A DNA stretch of 64,000 bases from Candidatus Eiseniibacteriota bacterium (GCA_050733935.1 JBOHUC010000176.1:1869-65868); one strand, 5' to 3'. Counted from the first letter of the stretch, positions 43,596 through 53,426 are shown. Program-made: numbers and translations. Notes: generated by a model not told the origin, from the letters alone.

Positions 43596-45254
43596 CTATC
43601 GTCCGCGGCGGCCGCCACCGCCGCCGGTCCGCGTGCTCGATTGCGTTCCGCTGGAGTGCGTTCCACTGGAGGAAGAGCTCTGCCGCCCGCGCGCGCTCGC
43701 CGCGCGATCGGCCGAACCGTGATTGACGCCCCCGACCGCGGTGTTGTCCGTGTGCCGGGTGGGACGGGACTTCACGACCTGGGGTTGCGTCGATGCCGAC
43801 TGGGCCGGACGGGAGGACGCCGATTGCGCCGGACGCAATGCGGATTCGGATCTGCGCGGAGTCGACTGCCCTGCGTACCCGCGATCCGTCTGTCCCCCGC
43901 GGGACGATGCGGTCTTCGTCGAAACCGTGGAGCGGCCCGGAGTCGCCTTGGACGTAGCCCCTCCGGCGCGCGCCTCGCCGACGCGACCGGTCCCCTGCGC
44001 ATTCGGTTTCGCACCCGCGTACGTGCCCTGCACCTTGGGCGCGGCCCTCTTCCCGCCCACATTCGTGCCCGCGCTCGCACCGGCGCGAGAGCGCGAGGCC
44101 GCATCGCGCGTCTTCGAATCGGCTCCTGCGTAGCCGCCTTTTCCCTTCAAGGCTTCCGAGCTCGAGGGACCTTTACGCTTCGGGCCCTTTTTCGCGTCCG
44201 CGTTGAGCTGATTGAGTTCCGGGCGATTCGGACGCGCCTCTGAGATCGGGCTCTTCGGGTTTGCGCGGTTCCGGTCCCGCGAATTGCCACCCTGGCGGTT
44301 CCAGTAATTGTTGTTGCTGTTGATATTGATGTTCGTGTTGTTGCGCACGTAGACGTTCGGGCGGTTGTAGGCGTGCGCGGGATAGAAACCACCGCCGTAA
44401 ACCGGCCGGTACGGGTACGGCGGGTAGTACGGCATCGGGTGACCCCACATGCCTCCGTAGTACGACGGCCCATAGTAGTCGTCGTGATCGAAGACCTCTG
44501 CAACCATGATTCCCATCCCAAACCCGAGCAGGGCGCCCGCGAGCGCCGAGCCGTCGTCGTCGTCTGAGTCGTTGGACGAGGAGCTCGGCGGCGGACTCGA
44601 AGTCTGCGGCGCGTAGGCCGCCACCGGATCGTAGGTCGGTACGTAGACGACCTGCGGGCTCGGCGGCGAAACCGTGATGACCTCCTGGCCGCCTTCTTCT
44701 TTGGTCTCGACCTTCATCTTGTCGGAGCTCGCGAGCGTTCCGACGCTCTGCGCCTGCGCGCGCAGCCGTTGCACCGCGTCCATCACGCCCTGCTGGTCGT
44801 TGACGTAGGCCTGGCCGACCTCCTCCGTCCAGCTCAAGTTCATGCACATCTGGTCGATCACGCTCGGCGCCTGGATCAACCCGCGGACCGGAACCGTGAA
44901 GCCCGCCTTCTCGGCGGCGTCTTCGAGCGCCTTGCCCTCGAGATTCGGGTTCGCAATGAGCCAGTTACCGGCGTCGAGAACCTCCTGCGGATTGGTGGCC
45001 GCCGTGAGGACCTGGAGCAGGACCGGATCCGGGTAGAGGGCGACGGGAGCGAGCAGCTCTTCCATCGCCTCGGGCGTCCACGTCGTGCTCGTGGCGACGA
45101 GCGTCTCGGACGGCTCGTCCGAGGTCTGAGACGTGGCAGAAGTCGCCTGCGTGGAGGACGTCTCTTTCCCCTTGCTGCACGCAGCGAACAGGACGAGAGC
45201 CGAGGCTGCGACTGCGAGCCTGATCGGACGTCCGTACGGTGAAGCGCCTGGCAT
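43596..45254 (-). CDS. DUF3300-family secreted protein with long low-complexity C-terminal tail
   Basis: AGGAGGG RBS. LLAPVALYPDPVLLQVLTAATNPQEVLDAGNWL. The last ~300 aa are rich in Tyr/Pro/Gly/Asn/Ser/Arg. Confidence 0.8.
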   Translation of the reverse strand: MPGASPYGRPIRLAVAASALVLFAACSKGKETSSTQATSATSQTSDEPSETLVATSTTWTPEAMEELLAPVALYPDPVLLQVLTAATNPQEVLDAGNWLIANPNLEGKALEDAAEKAGFTVPVRGLIQAPSVIDQMCMNLSWTEEVGQAYVNDQQGVMDAVQRLRAQAQSVGTLASSDKMKVETKEEGGQEVITVSPPSPQVVYVPTYDPVAAYAPQTSSPPPSSSSNDSDDDDGSALAGALLGFGMGIMVAEVFDHDDYYGPSYYGGMWGHPMPYYPPYPYRPVYGGGFYPAHAYNRPNVYVRNNTNININSNNNYWNRQGGNSRDRNRANPKSPISEARPNRPELNQLNADAKKGPKRKGPSSSEALKGKGGYAGADSKTRDAASRSRAGASAGTNVGGKRAAPKVQGTYAGAKPNAQGTGRVGEARAGGATSKATPGRSTVSTKTASSRGGQTDRGYAGQSTPRRSESALRPAQSASSRPAQSASTQPQVVKSRPTRHTDNTAVGGVNHGSADRAASARGRQSSSSSGTHSSGTQSSTRTGGGGGRRGR

Positions 45255-45623
45255 TTTTGCGGCCCTCCTGAGGCGTACACCGACTCCTGAGCACCTCGAA
45301 TCGGCGAACCTTCCTGGTCGTGAGCTTCGTTCTCCTCGGGGTGGGACGGGATCGAGGGGGCTGATCTGATCGACTTCGGGGATCGGACTCGGGACCGAGC
45401 CCGATCGTACTCCGGATGGTGCCCTGTGTCCCCGCTCGACTTCCGGGCGGCCGACCTCGGCTCAATTCTCTGCCGCACAAAAGGTTAGAAAAACGTCAGA
45501 GCGGCTTTCCCCCGCCCCGACGAGACGCGCTGGGTTCGAAAGTGGACGCGGGCGAGCACTTCCGCAAAGTAGAGTAGTGGACCGGTACCGAGACGGACGA
45601 GGATCCGCCCCCCGAGGAGTCCC

Positions 45624-46226
45624 GTGAATCGACCGACTTCCAGTGGTACCCAGGTTTCGTCCGACGCGCTTCTCCTCACGACTGATCTCCTCCGGCGAGC
45701 GAAAGACGGGGATCGCGGAGCGCTCGATGCCTTGATCGCGCGCTACCTCCCCCGTCTCGAGCGCTGGGCGCGGGGACGACTCCCGCTCTCCGCACGCTCC
45801 CTGCTCGACACCTCGGACCTCGTTCACGAGACGCTGTTACGCGTCATCCAGGGTCTCGGGGGCATCGAGGTTCGCGGCCCGGGAGGATTCCAGGCCTATG
45901 TTCGCCATGCCGTGCTCAATCGTATAAGGGATGAAGTGCGCTGGGCGGCTCGCCGGCCCGGCCCGGAGGGCGTCCCTGAGACACTCGCCGATCCGGCTCC
46001 GTCCCCGGTGGAGCACGCGATCGGCGCCGAAGTTCTCGATCGCTACGAGCGTGCGCTCGCGTCACTCGAGCCGGAGGAGCGAGAGTTGCTCCATTTGCGG
46101 ATCGAGCTTGCGTTCGACTACCAGGAGATCGCGTCCATGACCGGACGGCCGAGCCGTGACGCGGTGCGGATGGCGGTTCAGCGCGCGCTCGCGCGCCTGG
46201 CCGAGGCAATGGGCCATGCCCGCTGA
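45624..46226 (+). CDS. ECF-type sigma factor (Ser/Thr-kinase-associated type)
   Basis: LLRRAKDGDRGALDALIARYLPRLERWARGRL, region 2 DLVHETLLRV and region 4 LEPEERELLHLRIELAFDYQEIASMTGRPSRDAVRMAVQRAL. GTG start. Confidence 0.85.
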   Translation: MNRPTSSGTQVSSDALLLTTDLLRRAKDGDRGALDALIARYLPRLERWARGRLPLSARSLLDTSDLVHETLLRVIQGLGGIEVRGPGGFQAYVRHAVLNRIRDEVRWAARRPGPEGVPETLADPAPSPVEHAIGAEVLDRYERALASLEPEERELLHLRIELAFDYQEIASMTGRPSRDAVRMAVQRALARLAEAMGHAR

Positions 46227-47964
46227 TCGCGACCCGGTCGAGGATCTGCTGGCCGCAGTGTCCGACGGGCATCCCGTCGACTGGGCCGCCGCTTCGCGCG
46301 ACTTCGAGCTGGATGGCCGCATGCGACTCGACGCGCTTCAGGAAGTGTCGCGCATCGCCGACTTCAACCGTCGCTTGCAAGAGGAGGCGACGGGCGGGCC
46401 CATGCCCGAGCGATGGGGAGAGCTCCTCCTCCTCGAGCGCATCGGCACGGGCGCGAACGCCGAAGTCCTCCGCGCATGGGACCCCGCGCTGCACCGCGAA
46501 GTCGCCCTCAAGCTCCTCCCGGCAGGAGTCGAGGACACGCAGCTCCTCGAAGAGGGACGCGCCGCAGCCCGCATCCGCCATCCGCACGTCGCCGCCGTCC
46601 ACGGAATCGATCGTCGCAATGGACGCCTCGGAATGTGGATGGAGCTCGTTCGCGGGCGGAACCTCGAGCAGGAAGTGCGTGCGCGCGGACCGCTCACGCC
46701 CGGGGAAACGACACGCCTCGGGCGCGAGATCGCCTCCGCCCTCGTGGCGGTGCATGCGGCGGGTCTCCTCCATCGCGACGTCAAGCCCGCGAACATCGTG
46801 CACGATGCAGAGGGACGCTACGTCCTCACAGACTTCGGACTGGGCGTGAGCCAGGACGACGCCGCGCGCGGCGCGGCCGGGTCCGCCGGAACGCCGATGT
46901 ATATGGCGCCCGAGTTGCTCACGGGTGCGTCCCCTTCGGAACCATCTGATGTCTACGGGCTCGGGCTCGTGCTGTGGTTTGCGCTCGCGGGGCGCCACCC
47001 GTTTCCGGCCGAGGCTCTGCCGCACCTCGCGAAAGCTGCCGCCGTCGGACCGAAGCCCGCGCTGCGGGAAATCCGGACTGACGTGCCGCACGGGCTCCTC
47101 GAAATCGTCGAGCGGGCGATCGCGTCCGATCCCGCGTTGCGCACCTCTCAGGCCCGCGCCGTGTCGAACGCGCTCGACGGGCTCGCCGTTCCGGGGGACG
47201 GGCGCACCGTATCGGATCGACCGCGTCGCGTTTCGCCGGTGGTTCTCGTTTCGCTGGTCGCGGCGGCCGCGGCCGCGGCCGCGATCACGACCACACTCCT
47301 GCGTACGCGGAAGCCCGCGACCGTGCCCGTCGTCGCGCCGGCCGGACCCGCATCGCCGTCATCCCCGTCGTCCCCGGCACCCGTCACGACGTACGCCGTG
47401 CAGGCCTCGTTCCTTCGTCATGACGCACGCGGTGAAGCGCGGCTCGTCAGCGGGGATCGCGTGAAGCCCGGCGACCGATTGTCTCTCGAATTCCACGCCA
47501 CGCGCGCCGCGTGGGTGTACGTGCTCGACGAAGACGAGCGCGGCGAGCGCTACCTCCTCTTTCCGCAGCCGCTCTTCGACACGCCGAACCCGCTCGCTGC
47601 GGACTCGGTGTACCGGCTCCCGGGCGCGATCGGCGGACGCGATCAGGGCTGGACCGTGACGAGTCGCGGAGGACGCGAGTACCTCCTCGTGGTCGCGAGT
47701 CCCGAGCCCGTTTCCGAGCTCGAGGCCGAGCTCCACCGCCTTCCGGCTCCGCGACCGGGACGGCCGATCGAATACGCCACGGTCGGGGAGACCTCCGTGG
47801 AACGCCTGCGCGGCATCGGAGGCGTCTCTCCCGTGCCTTCCGGACCCTCACGCCCCGCAGGTCCCACGCCTGCATTCGCACGCTTCCGCGCCCTCGCCGG
47901 ACGGGAAGGCGAAGTCAGCGGCGTCTGGGTGCGGCAGATCTCCCTCGAAAACCCCACCCGCTAG
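46216..47964 (+). CDS. membrane Ser/Thr protein kinase with extracytoplasmic DUF4384-like domain
   Basis: The ATG at 46216 overlaps the sigma gene by 11 nt. Kinase motifs IGTGANAEV, VALKLL, HRDVKPANI, DFGLG and GTPMYMAPE. One poly-Ala TM, then DRLSLEFHATRAAWVYVLDEDERGERYLLFPQ. Confidence 0.9.
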   Translation: MPADRDPVEDLLAAVSDGHPVDWAAASRDFELDGRMRLDALQEVSRIADFNRRLQEEATGGPMPERWGELLLLERIGTGANAEVLRAWDPALHREVALKLLPAGVEDTQLLEEGRAAARIRHPHVAAVHGIDRRNGRLGMWMELVRGRNLEQEVRARGPLTPGETTRLGREIASALVAVHAAGLLHRDVKPANIVHDAEGRYVLTDFGLGVSQDDAARGAAGSAGTPMYMAPELLTGASPSEPSDVYGLGLVLWFALAGRHPFPAEALPHLAKAAAVGPKPALREIRTDVPHGLLEIVERAIASDPALRTSQARAVSNALDGLAVPGDGRTVSDRPRRVSPVVLVSLVAAAAAAAAITTTLLRTRKPATVPVVAPAGPASPSSPSSPAPVTTYAVQASFLRHDARGEARLVSGDRVKPGDRLSLEFHATRAAWVYVLDEDERGERYLLFPQPLFDTPNPLAADSVYRLPGAIGGRDQGWTVTSRGGREYLLVVASPEPVSELEAELHRLPAPRPGRPIEYATVGETSVERLRGIGGVSPVPSGPSRPAGPTPAFARFRALAGREGEVSGVWVRQISLENPTR

Positions 47965-48001
47965 AGCTTTCACATCTGAGGAAGCTGACGAATCGCGTTC
48001 C

Positions 48002-48937
48002 TTATTCCGAGTCGCGTCCTGAGGGTCCGTACAGGCGGCGCGCCGTCATGAGGTGGCGCATCGCTTCGGATTTCCGGCCGTGCGTCTCGAGGAGCAGTCC
48101 GAGATTGTAGTGCGCGTCGGCCGAGTCGGGGTCGAGATCGATCACGCGCCGGTACGCGAGGATCGCCTCCTCGGCGCGGCCACGATCTTCGAGCAGGACT
48201 CCGAGATTGAAGTGGCACGTCGAGTCCTCGGGCGTGCACCGCACGGCCTCGCGATACTGCGCCTCCGCGCGTCCGAGCTCGCCCGCCTCGTGCTCGAGGC
48301 GCCCGAGATTGAGATGCGCGTCGCCGAAATCGGGATCGAGCTCGATCGCCTGGAGATAGGCCTGCCGGGCCTCGAGCGAAGACCGGCTCTCGAGCTCGCA
48401 GCCGAGATGGAACCACTGCTCGGCCGTGAACGGAGAGGTGCCGCGATCCTCGAGCGTCGCCACTCCGTGGCGCGCGGCCGGGGCCGCCCGGGCGTGCGGC
48501 TCGACCGACTCCACGAGCCCGAACTCGACGCGCGCCGCGGGCGCGCTCTCCTCCGGAGTGTCCCCGCCCGCGAGCTCGGCCATCTCGGCCGCATCGAAGT
48601 TGAGCAGGAACTGTCCCGAGTCGGGCTGCCAGCGCGCGCTGCCATCCCATGCGATCGCCCGATCGCCGTCGGCATAGATCGTGATGCTCGTGAGTGGAAG
48701 GTCGCTCGTGAGCTGCCGCCGGAGCGAAGTCCAGATGCGACGGAGCCGGCGCGCGGGAACGCCGGCTTCGAGAAGACCGCGAGTCGTCTTGAGCAGGAGC
48801 AGGTGATGGAACTCGAACTCGAGCCGGCCGCCCGCTCCGCGCAGCGGCACGATCTCGCCCAGACGGGCGTAGGTCCGGATCTGATCCTCGCTGACTTCGA
48901 GAATCTTGGCCGCATCCCGTGTGGAGAAGCGCTTCAT
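48002..48937 (-). CDS. MerR-type HTH + TPR-repeat protein
   Basis: N-terminal FSTRDAAKILEVSEDQIRTYARLGEIVP. The C-terminal TPRs are AYLQAIELDPDFGDAHLNLG, AQYREAVRCTPEDSTCHFNLG and AYRRVIDLDPDSADAHYNLG. It starts 26 nt after the ku stop. Confidence 0.75.
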   Translation of the reverse strand: MKRFSTRDAAKILEVSEDQIRTYARLGEIVPLRGAGGRLEFEFHHLLLLKTTRGLLEAGVPARRLRRIWTSLRRQLTSDLPLTSITIYADGDRAIAWDGSARWQPDSGQFLLNFDAAEMAELAGGDTPEESAPAARVEFGLVESVEPHARAAPAARHGVATLEDRGTSPFTAEQWFHLGCELESRSSLEARQAYLQAIELDPDFGDAHLNLGRLEHEAGELGRAEAQYREAVRCTPEDSTCHFNLGVLLEDRGRAEEAILAYRRVIDLDPDSADAHYNLGLLLETHGRKSEAMRHLMTARRLYGPSGRDSE

Positions 48938-48962
48938 CGCGTCCTTGCTCCGCTACGTGCGG

Positions 48963-49841
48963 TTACCGGGAACCTGCTCTCTTCTCCTTGGCGGCCGGCG
49001 CCTGCGTGGAAGCCGCCGCGCGCTTCGCCTTCGCGGGCGTCTTCTCCTCGCCCGAAGCCCCCTTCGACGCGCGGCCCTCGAGACTCTGCTTGAGCGCGTC
49101 CATGAGGTCGATGACCTGCGTGCGCTGGACCTGCGGTCCGAGCGCTGTCACTTCCTTGCCCTCCACCTTCTGCTCGACGGCCGAGAGCACGCGGTCGCGG
49201 TAGTCGTCGTGGTACTTCTCGGGCTCGAATTTCTTCCCGGTGAGCTCCTGGATGAGACGGAGCGCGAGATCGAGCTCGCCGGTCTTGACCGTGGCCTTTT
49301 GCCCCTTCTCGATCTCGCTGAAGTCCCGGACTTCGTCGGCGAAGTACATCGTGTGGAGCATGAGTCCGTCCTGCGCGGCGCGGATGATGACCAGGTTCTC
49401 CTTGCCCCGCATCACGAACTTCGCGAGCGCGACCCGTCCGGTCTTGTTCATCGCGTCGACAAGAAGCCGGTATGCTTTGTCTCCGCCCTTGTCGGGGCCC
49501 AGGTAGTAGGTCTTCTCGAAGTAGATCGGGTCCACCTGGTCGAGCGGCACGAACTCGGCGATGTCGATCGACTGCGAGGCTTCGCCTTCGAGGCCCTTCA
49601 ACTCCTCGTCGGTGAAGCGCACGTATTGATCCTTCGAGAACTCGTAACCCTTGACGAGTGTCGAACGATCGAGCACTTCGTTGCACGTCGGGCAGACCTG
49701 CTGCTGCTTGATCCGCCCACCGCACTTCACGTGCAGCAGGTTGAACGCCACGCCGCCCGAGGATGCGGCGGTGAACATCTTGACGGGGATCGAGACCAGC
49801 CCGAACGAAAGCGTGCCCGATCCGATCGAGTGTGCTGGCAT
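48963..49841 (-). CDS. ku: Ku protein (NHEJ DNA-end-binding)
   Basis: GTLSFGLVSIPVKMFTAAS...KGYEFSKDQYVRFTDEEL...IYFEKTYYLGPDKGG...VMRGKENLVIIR and a Lys-rich tail. Confidence 0.9.
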   Translation of the reverse strand: MPAHSIGSGTLSFGLVSIPVKMFTAASSGGVAFNLLHVKCGGRIKQQQVCPTCNEVLDRSTLVKGYEFSKDQYVRFTDEELKGLEGEASQSIDIAEFVPLDQVDPIYFEKTYYLGPDKGGDKAYRLLVDAMNKTGRVALAKFVMRGKENLVIIRAAQDGLMLHTMYFADEVRDFSEIEKGQKATVKTGELDLALRLIQELTGKKFEPEKYHDDYRDRVLSAVEQKVEGKEVTALGPQVQRTQVIDLMDALKQSLEGRASKGASGEEKTPAKAKRAAASTQAPAAKEKRAGSR

Positions 49842-49972
49842 ACGGTGGGGCCTCCGGGTGAAAGGACTCGAAAAAGCCTAACATCCATCTCTGGTACACT
49901 CAACACCACCTCCGGTAACGAACGACGAGCCATACGCTTGTCGCACCGGGGGCGCCGTCCGAGGCCGATCGC

Positions 49973-52672
49973 GTGAGCGCCACTCGCAAAGAAAACCTCG
50001 ATCTCTACCGCAAGAAGCGCGATCCCGCGCGCACTCCGGAACCCTTCGGGCCGGCGGAGGAGCGCGTCGCTCGCGGGGTCACGCCGCGCGCACCGCGGTT
50101 CGTCGTGCAGAAGCACTGGGCGCGCCAGCTCCACTACGATTTTCGGCTCGAGCTCGACGGCACCCTCAAGAGCTGGTCGGTCCCCAAGGGACCGTCGACC
50201 CGGGCGGAGGAGCGGCGCCTCGCCGTGCATGTCGAGGATCACCCGCTCGAGTACGCGAGCTTCGAGGGCGTGATTCCGGCCGGCAACTACGGCGCCGGAT
50301 CCGTGATCGTGTGGGACCACGGGCCGTACGGATCGTTCAAGGAGGACGATCTGCTCGAGCAGTACGTGCGCGGGAAGCTCGAGCTCGAGCTGTTCGGCTT
50401 CAAGCTGCGCGGCCGCTGGACGCTCGTCCGCATGGGCAAGAAGGACAAGGAGTGGCTCCTCCTCAAGAAGGTCGACGGCGGCGTCTCGGAGCGAGAGGCC
50501 GTGGATCGCTACCCGGAGTCCGTGATCTCGGGACTCACCGTCGAGGAAATGCGGGACGTTCCCGGAACGCTCGATGCCCTGCGCGACTTGATCCGCTCCT
50601 TCGACGCTCCGCGGCGCGACGTGGACGTCAAGGACGTCGGGCTCATGCTCGCAACACTCACGGAGCGCGCCCCTTCCGGACCCGACTGGGGCTTCGAGAT
50701 CAAGTACGACGGCGTGCGCGTGCTCGTGCAGCGCGACGGGGAACAGCTTCGCATGCTGGGACGGAGCGGCGAGGACATCACGAAGCGCTACCCGGAGGTC
50801 GCAAGCGGTCTCGCCTCTCTCGCCGTCCCGCGCTTTCTGCTCGACGGCGAGATCATCGCGGAGGACGAGAGCGGACGGCCGAGCTTCGGCCGGCTCCAGG
50901 CGCGCATGGGGTTGAGCCGTCCGCGCGACATCGAGGCCGCGATGGCAAAGGTGCCCGTGCGCGGCGTGTTCTTCGATTGCCTCGCGCTCGAGGGTCACGA
51001 TCTTCGGAAGCTCCCGCTCGTTGAACGGAAAGAGCTCCTCGCTCGAACGCTCCCACCGATCGGTCCGGTGCAGCGTTCCGACTACGTGCCCGCGCACGGA
51101 CCGGAATTCTTCGAAGCTGCGTCCGAGCTCGGGCTCGAGGGCATCATCGCGAAGAAGCTCGCGAGTTCCTACCAGAGCCGCCGCTCGGCCGACTGGCTCA
51201 AGATCAAGTGTCAGAAGCGGCAGGAGTTCGTGATCGGCGGATACACGGATCCGCAGGGATCGCGCGCCCGCTTCGGCGCGCTTCACGTCGGCCTCTACGA
51301 CGGCCCGACGCTCGTCTACGTGACCAAGGTGGGCACCGGCTTCGACGAAGAAGGGCTCGACCGGATCGCGGCCCTGCTCGAGCCGCTCGCGCGCTCCACG
51401 TCGCCGTTCGACGTCGGAACCCCGGGCGGGCGCGGACATCACTGGGTCGAGCCCCGGCTCGTCTGCGAGGTGCGCTTCACGGAGTGGACGCGGGACGGCG
51501 GGCTCCGGCATCCGACGTTTCTCGGGCTCCGCCCCGACCGGAAGCCCGAAGAGTGCCGGCGCGAGGAGCCGGTGTCGCTCGATTCCGCGGTCGCCGACGG
51601 CTCCGACGGTTCGGATGCCACGGACGACACGGGCGACACGAAAGGCACAGACGAGGGGACTTCCCCGCGGCCGACCGCCCCAGCGCGCGGATTTTCGAGC
51701 GCCGGAGACGCCTCCGCGCGCACGGTCAAGCTCACGAACGTCACGAAGAAATACTGGCCCGAGGGCTATACGAAGGGCGATCTCATCCGCTTCTACGAGG
51801 CGGTCGCGCCGCTTCTCCTCCCCTACCTCGAGGACCGGCCGGTCGTGCTCACGCGTTATCCGGACGGGATCGAGGGCAAGTCGTTCTTCCAGAAGGACGC
51901 CCCCGTGTACACCCCCGAGTGGGTGCGCACCGTGACGATTCACTCAAACGACGCGGACCGCGACATTCGCTACTTCGTGATCGATGACGTCGAGTCGCTC
52001 CGCTACGTGGCGAACATGGGCACGATTCCGCTCCACGTCTGGTGCTCGCGCGTGGGATCCCTCGACCATCCCGACTGGTGCGTGCTCGACCTCGATCCCA
52101 AGGGAGCGCCCTTCACCCAGGTCGTCCAGGTGGCGCGCACGCTCAAGACGATCCTCGAGGAGCTCGAGCTCGAAAGCTTCGTGAAGACTTCGGGCGCGAC
52201 CGGTCTTCACATCCTCCTTCCCATGGGGCGGCAGTACACGGACGAAGAAGTGCGCCAGTTCGCGCGCCTGCTCGCACTCCTCACGGTGGACACGGTCCCC
52301 GAGATCTCGACCGTGACCCGCTCGATCCGCGCGCGCGAGGGCAAGGTGTACGTGGACTACGGGCAGAACGGACGCGGCAACACGATCGTCTCGCCGTACT
52401 CGGTGCGGCCGTTGCCGGGCGCTCCGGCCTCGTGTCCCTTGCGCTGGGACGAAGTGACGGCACGGCTCGATCCGGCGCGCTACACGATCGAGACGATTCC
52501 CAGGCGTTTCGAAAAGATGGCCGATCCGTTGACGCGCGTGCTCGGAAAGGGCGTGGACATGAAGGCCGCGATCGCGCGGATTGCCCGCCGCATGGAGAAG
52601 ACCGGCGCGGGGAACAGGGCCGAGGACGGAGGCGAAGACGAAGCCCCTGCGAAACGGAAGCGGCGCTCATGA
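49973..52672 (+). CDS. ligD: ATP-dependent DNA ligase D (phosphoesterase-ligase-polymerase order)
   Basis: The PE domain is FVVQKHWARQLHYDFRLE...SWSVPKGPS. Ligase motif I is EIKYDGVR. The Pol/primase domain shows YWPEGYTKGDLIRFY, DLDP and SGATGLHILLP. GTG start. Confidence 0.92.
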   Translation: MSATRKENLDLYRKKRDPARTPEPFGPAEERVARGVTPRAPRFVVQKHWARQLHYDFRLELDGTLKSWSVPKGPSTRAEERRLAVHVEDHPLEYASFEGVIPAGNYGAGSVIVWDHGPYGSFKEDDLLEQYVRGKLELELFGFKLRGRWTLVRMGKKDKEWLLLKKVDGGVSEREAVDRYPESVISGLTVEEMRDVPGTLDALRDLIRSFDAPRRDVDVKDVGLMLATLTERAPSGPDWGFEIKYDGVRVLVQRDGEQLRMLGRSGEDITKRYPEVASGLASLAVPRFLLDGEIIAEDESGRPSFGRLQARMGLSRPRDIEAAMAKVPVRGVFFDCLALEGHDLRKLPLVERKELLARTLPPIGPVQRSDYVPAHGPEFFEAASELGLEGIIAKKLASSYQSRRSADWLKIKCQKRQEFVIGGYTDPQGSRARFGALHVGLYDGPTLVYVTKVGTGFDEEGLDRIAALLEPLARSTSPFDVGTPGGRGHHWVEPRLVCEVRFTEWTRDGGLRHPTFLGLRPDRKPEECRREEPVSLDSAVADGSDGSDATDDTGDTKGTDEGTSPRPTAPARGFSSAGDASARTVKLTNVTKKYWPEGYTKGDLIRFYEAVAPLLLPYLEDRPVVLTRYPDGIEGKSFFQKDAPVYTPEWVRTVTIHSNDADRDIRYFVIDDVESLRYVANMGTIPLHVWCSRVGSLDHPDWCVLDLDPKGAPFTQVVQVARTLKTILEELELESFVKTSGATGLHILLPMGRQYTDEEVRQFARLLALLTVDTVPEISTVTRSIRAREGKVYVDYGQNGRGNTIVSPYSVRPLPGAPASCPLRWDEVTARLDPARYTIETIPRRFEKMADPLTRVLGKGVDMKAAIARIARRMEKTGAGNRAEDGGEDEAPAKRKRRS

Positions 52673-53355
52673 AGGCCGCCGACGCCGCGACCCGGGAGCT
52701 TCGTTTCCAGGCGAGCCCGTCCGCGGGCGATGTGTCGGCCGTGCTCGTGCGGCCGGAGGCGGCGAAGAGGCTCCTCGTCTTCGCGCACGGAGCGGGTGCC
52801 GGGATGCGGCACGTGTTCATGGACGACGCGGCACGCGTGCTCGCCGCGCACGGGATCGCGACGTTCCGCTATCAGTTTCCCTACGTCGAGCGGGGCTCGA
52901 AACGCATCGATCCGCAGCCGATCCTGCTTGCGACCGTGCGCTCGGCCGTGGCCGCGGCGCGGGCGGCGGAGCCGGAGCTGCCCCTCCTCGCCGGAGGAAA
53001 GTCGATGGGCGGCCGGATGACGTCGCTCGCGGCGGCTGACGAAGCCCTCGAAGGCGTTCGCGGACTCGTGTTCTTCGGCTTTCCGCTTCATCCCGCGGGC
53101 GCCCCGTCCACGTCCCGCGCGGATCACCTGGCCCGGGTCGGCGTGAGGATGCTGTTCCTCCAGGGCACGCGTGACTCACTCGCGGAGCTCGACCTGCTTC
53201 GTCCGATCCTCGATCGCCTGGGATCGCACGCCACGCTTCACGTCATCGAGGGGGCGGATCACTCGTTCGCGGTTCCGAAGCGAACCGGGCGCAGCCGCGA
53301 GGATGTGCTCGAGGAGATGGCGAGCACTCTCGAGAGCTGGTCCGAAGGCGGCTGA
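52669..53355 (+). CDS. alpha/beta-hydrolase-fold protein (dienelactone hydrolase / KANL3-Tex30-like)
   Basis: ATGA overlap with the ligD stop. LLVFAHGAGAGMRH, nucleophile elbow GGKSMGGR, and GADHSF near the C-terminus. Confidence 0.75.
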   Translation: MKAADAATRELRFQASPSAGDVSAVLVRPEAAKRLLVFAHGAGAGMRHVFMDDAARVLAAHGIATFRYQFPYVERGSKRIDPQPILLATVRSAVAAARAAEPELPLLAGGKSMGGRMTSLAAADEALEGVRGLVFFGFPLHPAGAPSTSRADHLARVGVRMLFLQGTRDSLAELDLLRPILDRLGSHATLHVIEGADHSFAVPKRTGRSREDVLEEMASTLESWSEGG

Positions 53356-53375
53356 ACCCGCCCCCCTGTGCGACA

Positions 53376-53404
53376 CGAAAGGGCCGGGCAAACGCGCCCG
53401 GCCC
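53376..53404 (-). terminator. GC-rich hairpin between convergent genes (likely terminator of the peroxiredoxin gene)
   Basis: GGGCCGGGC-aaacgc-GCCCGGCCC. On the minus strand it is followed by TTTCGTG. It lies 23 nt after the stop at 53427. Confidence 0.45.
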
Positions 53405-53426
53405 TGACTGCACGAACAGGGTGCGG

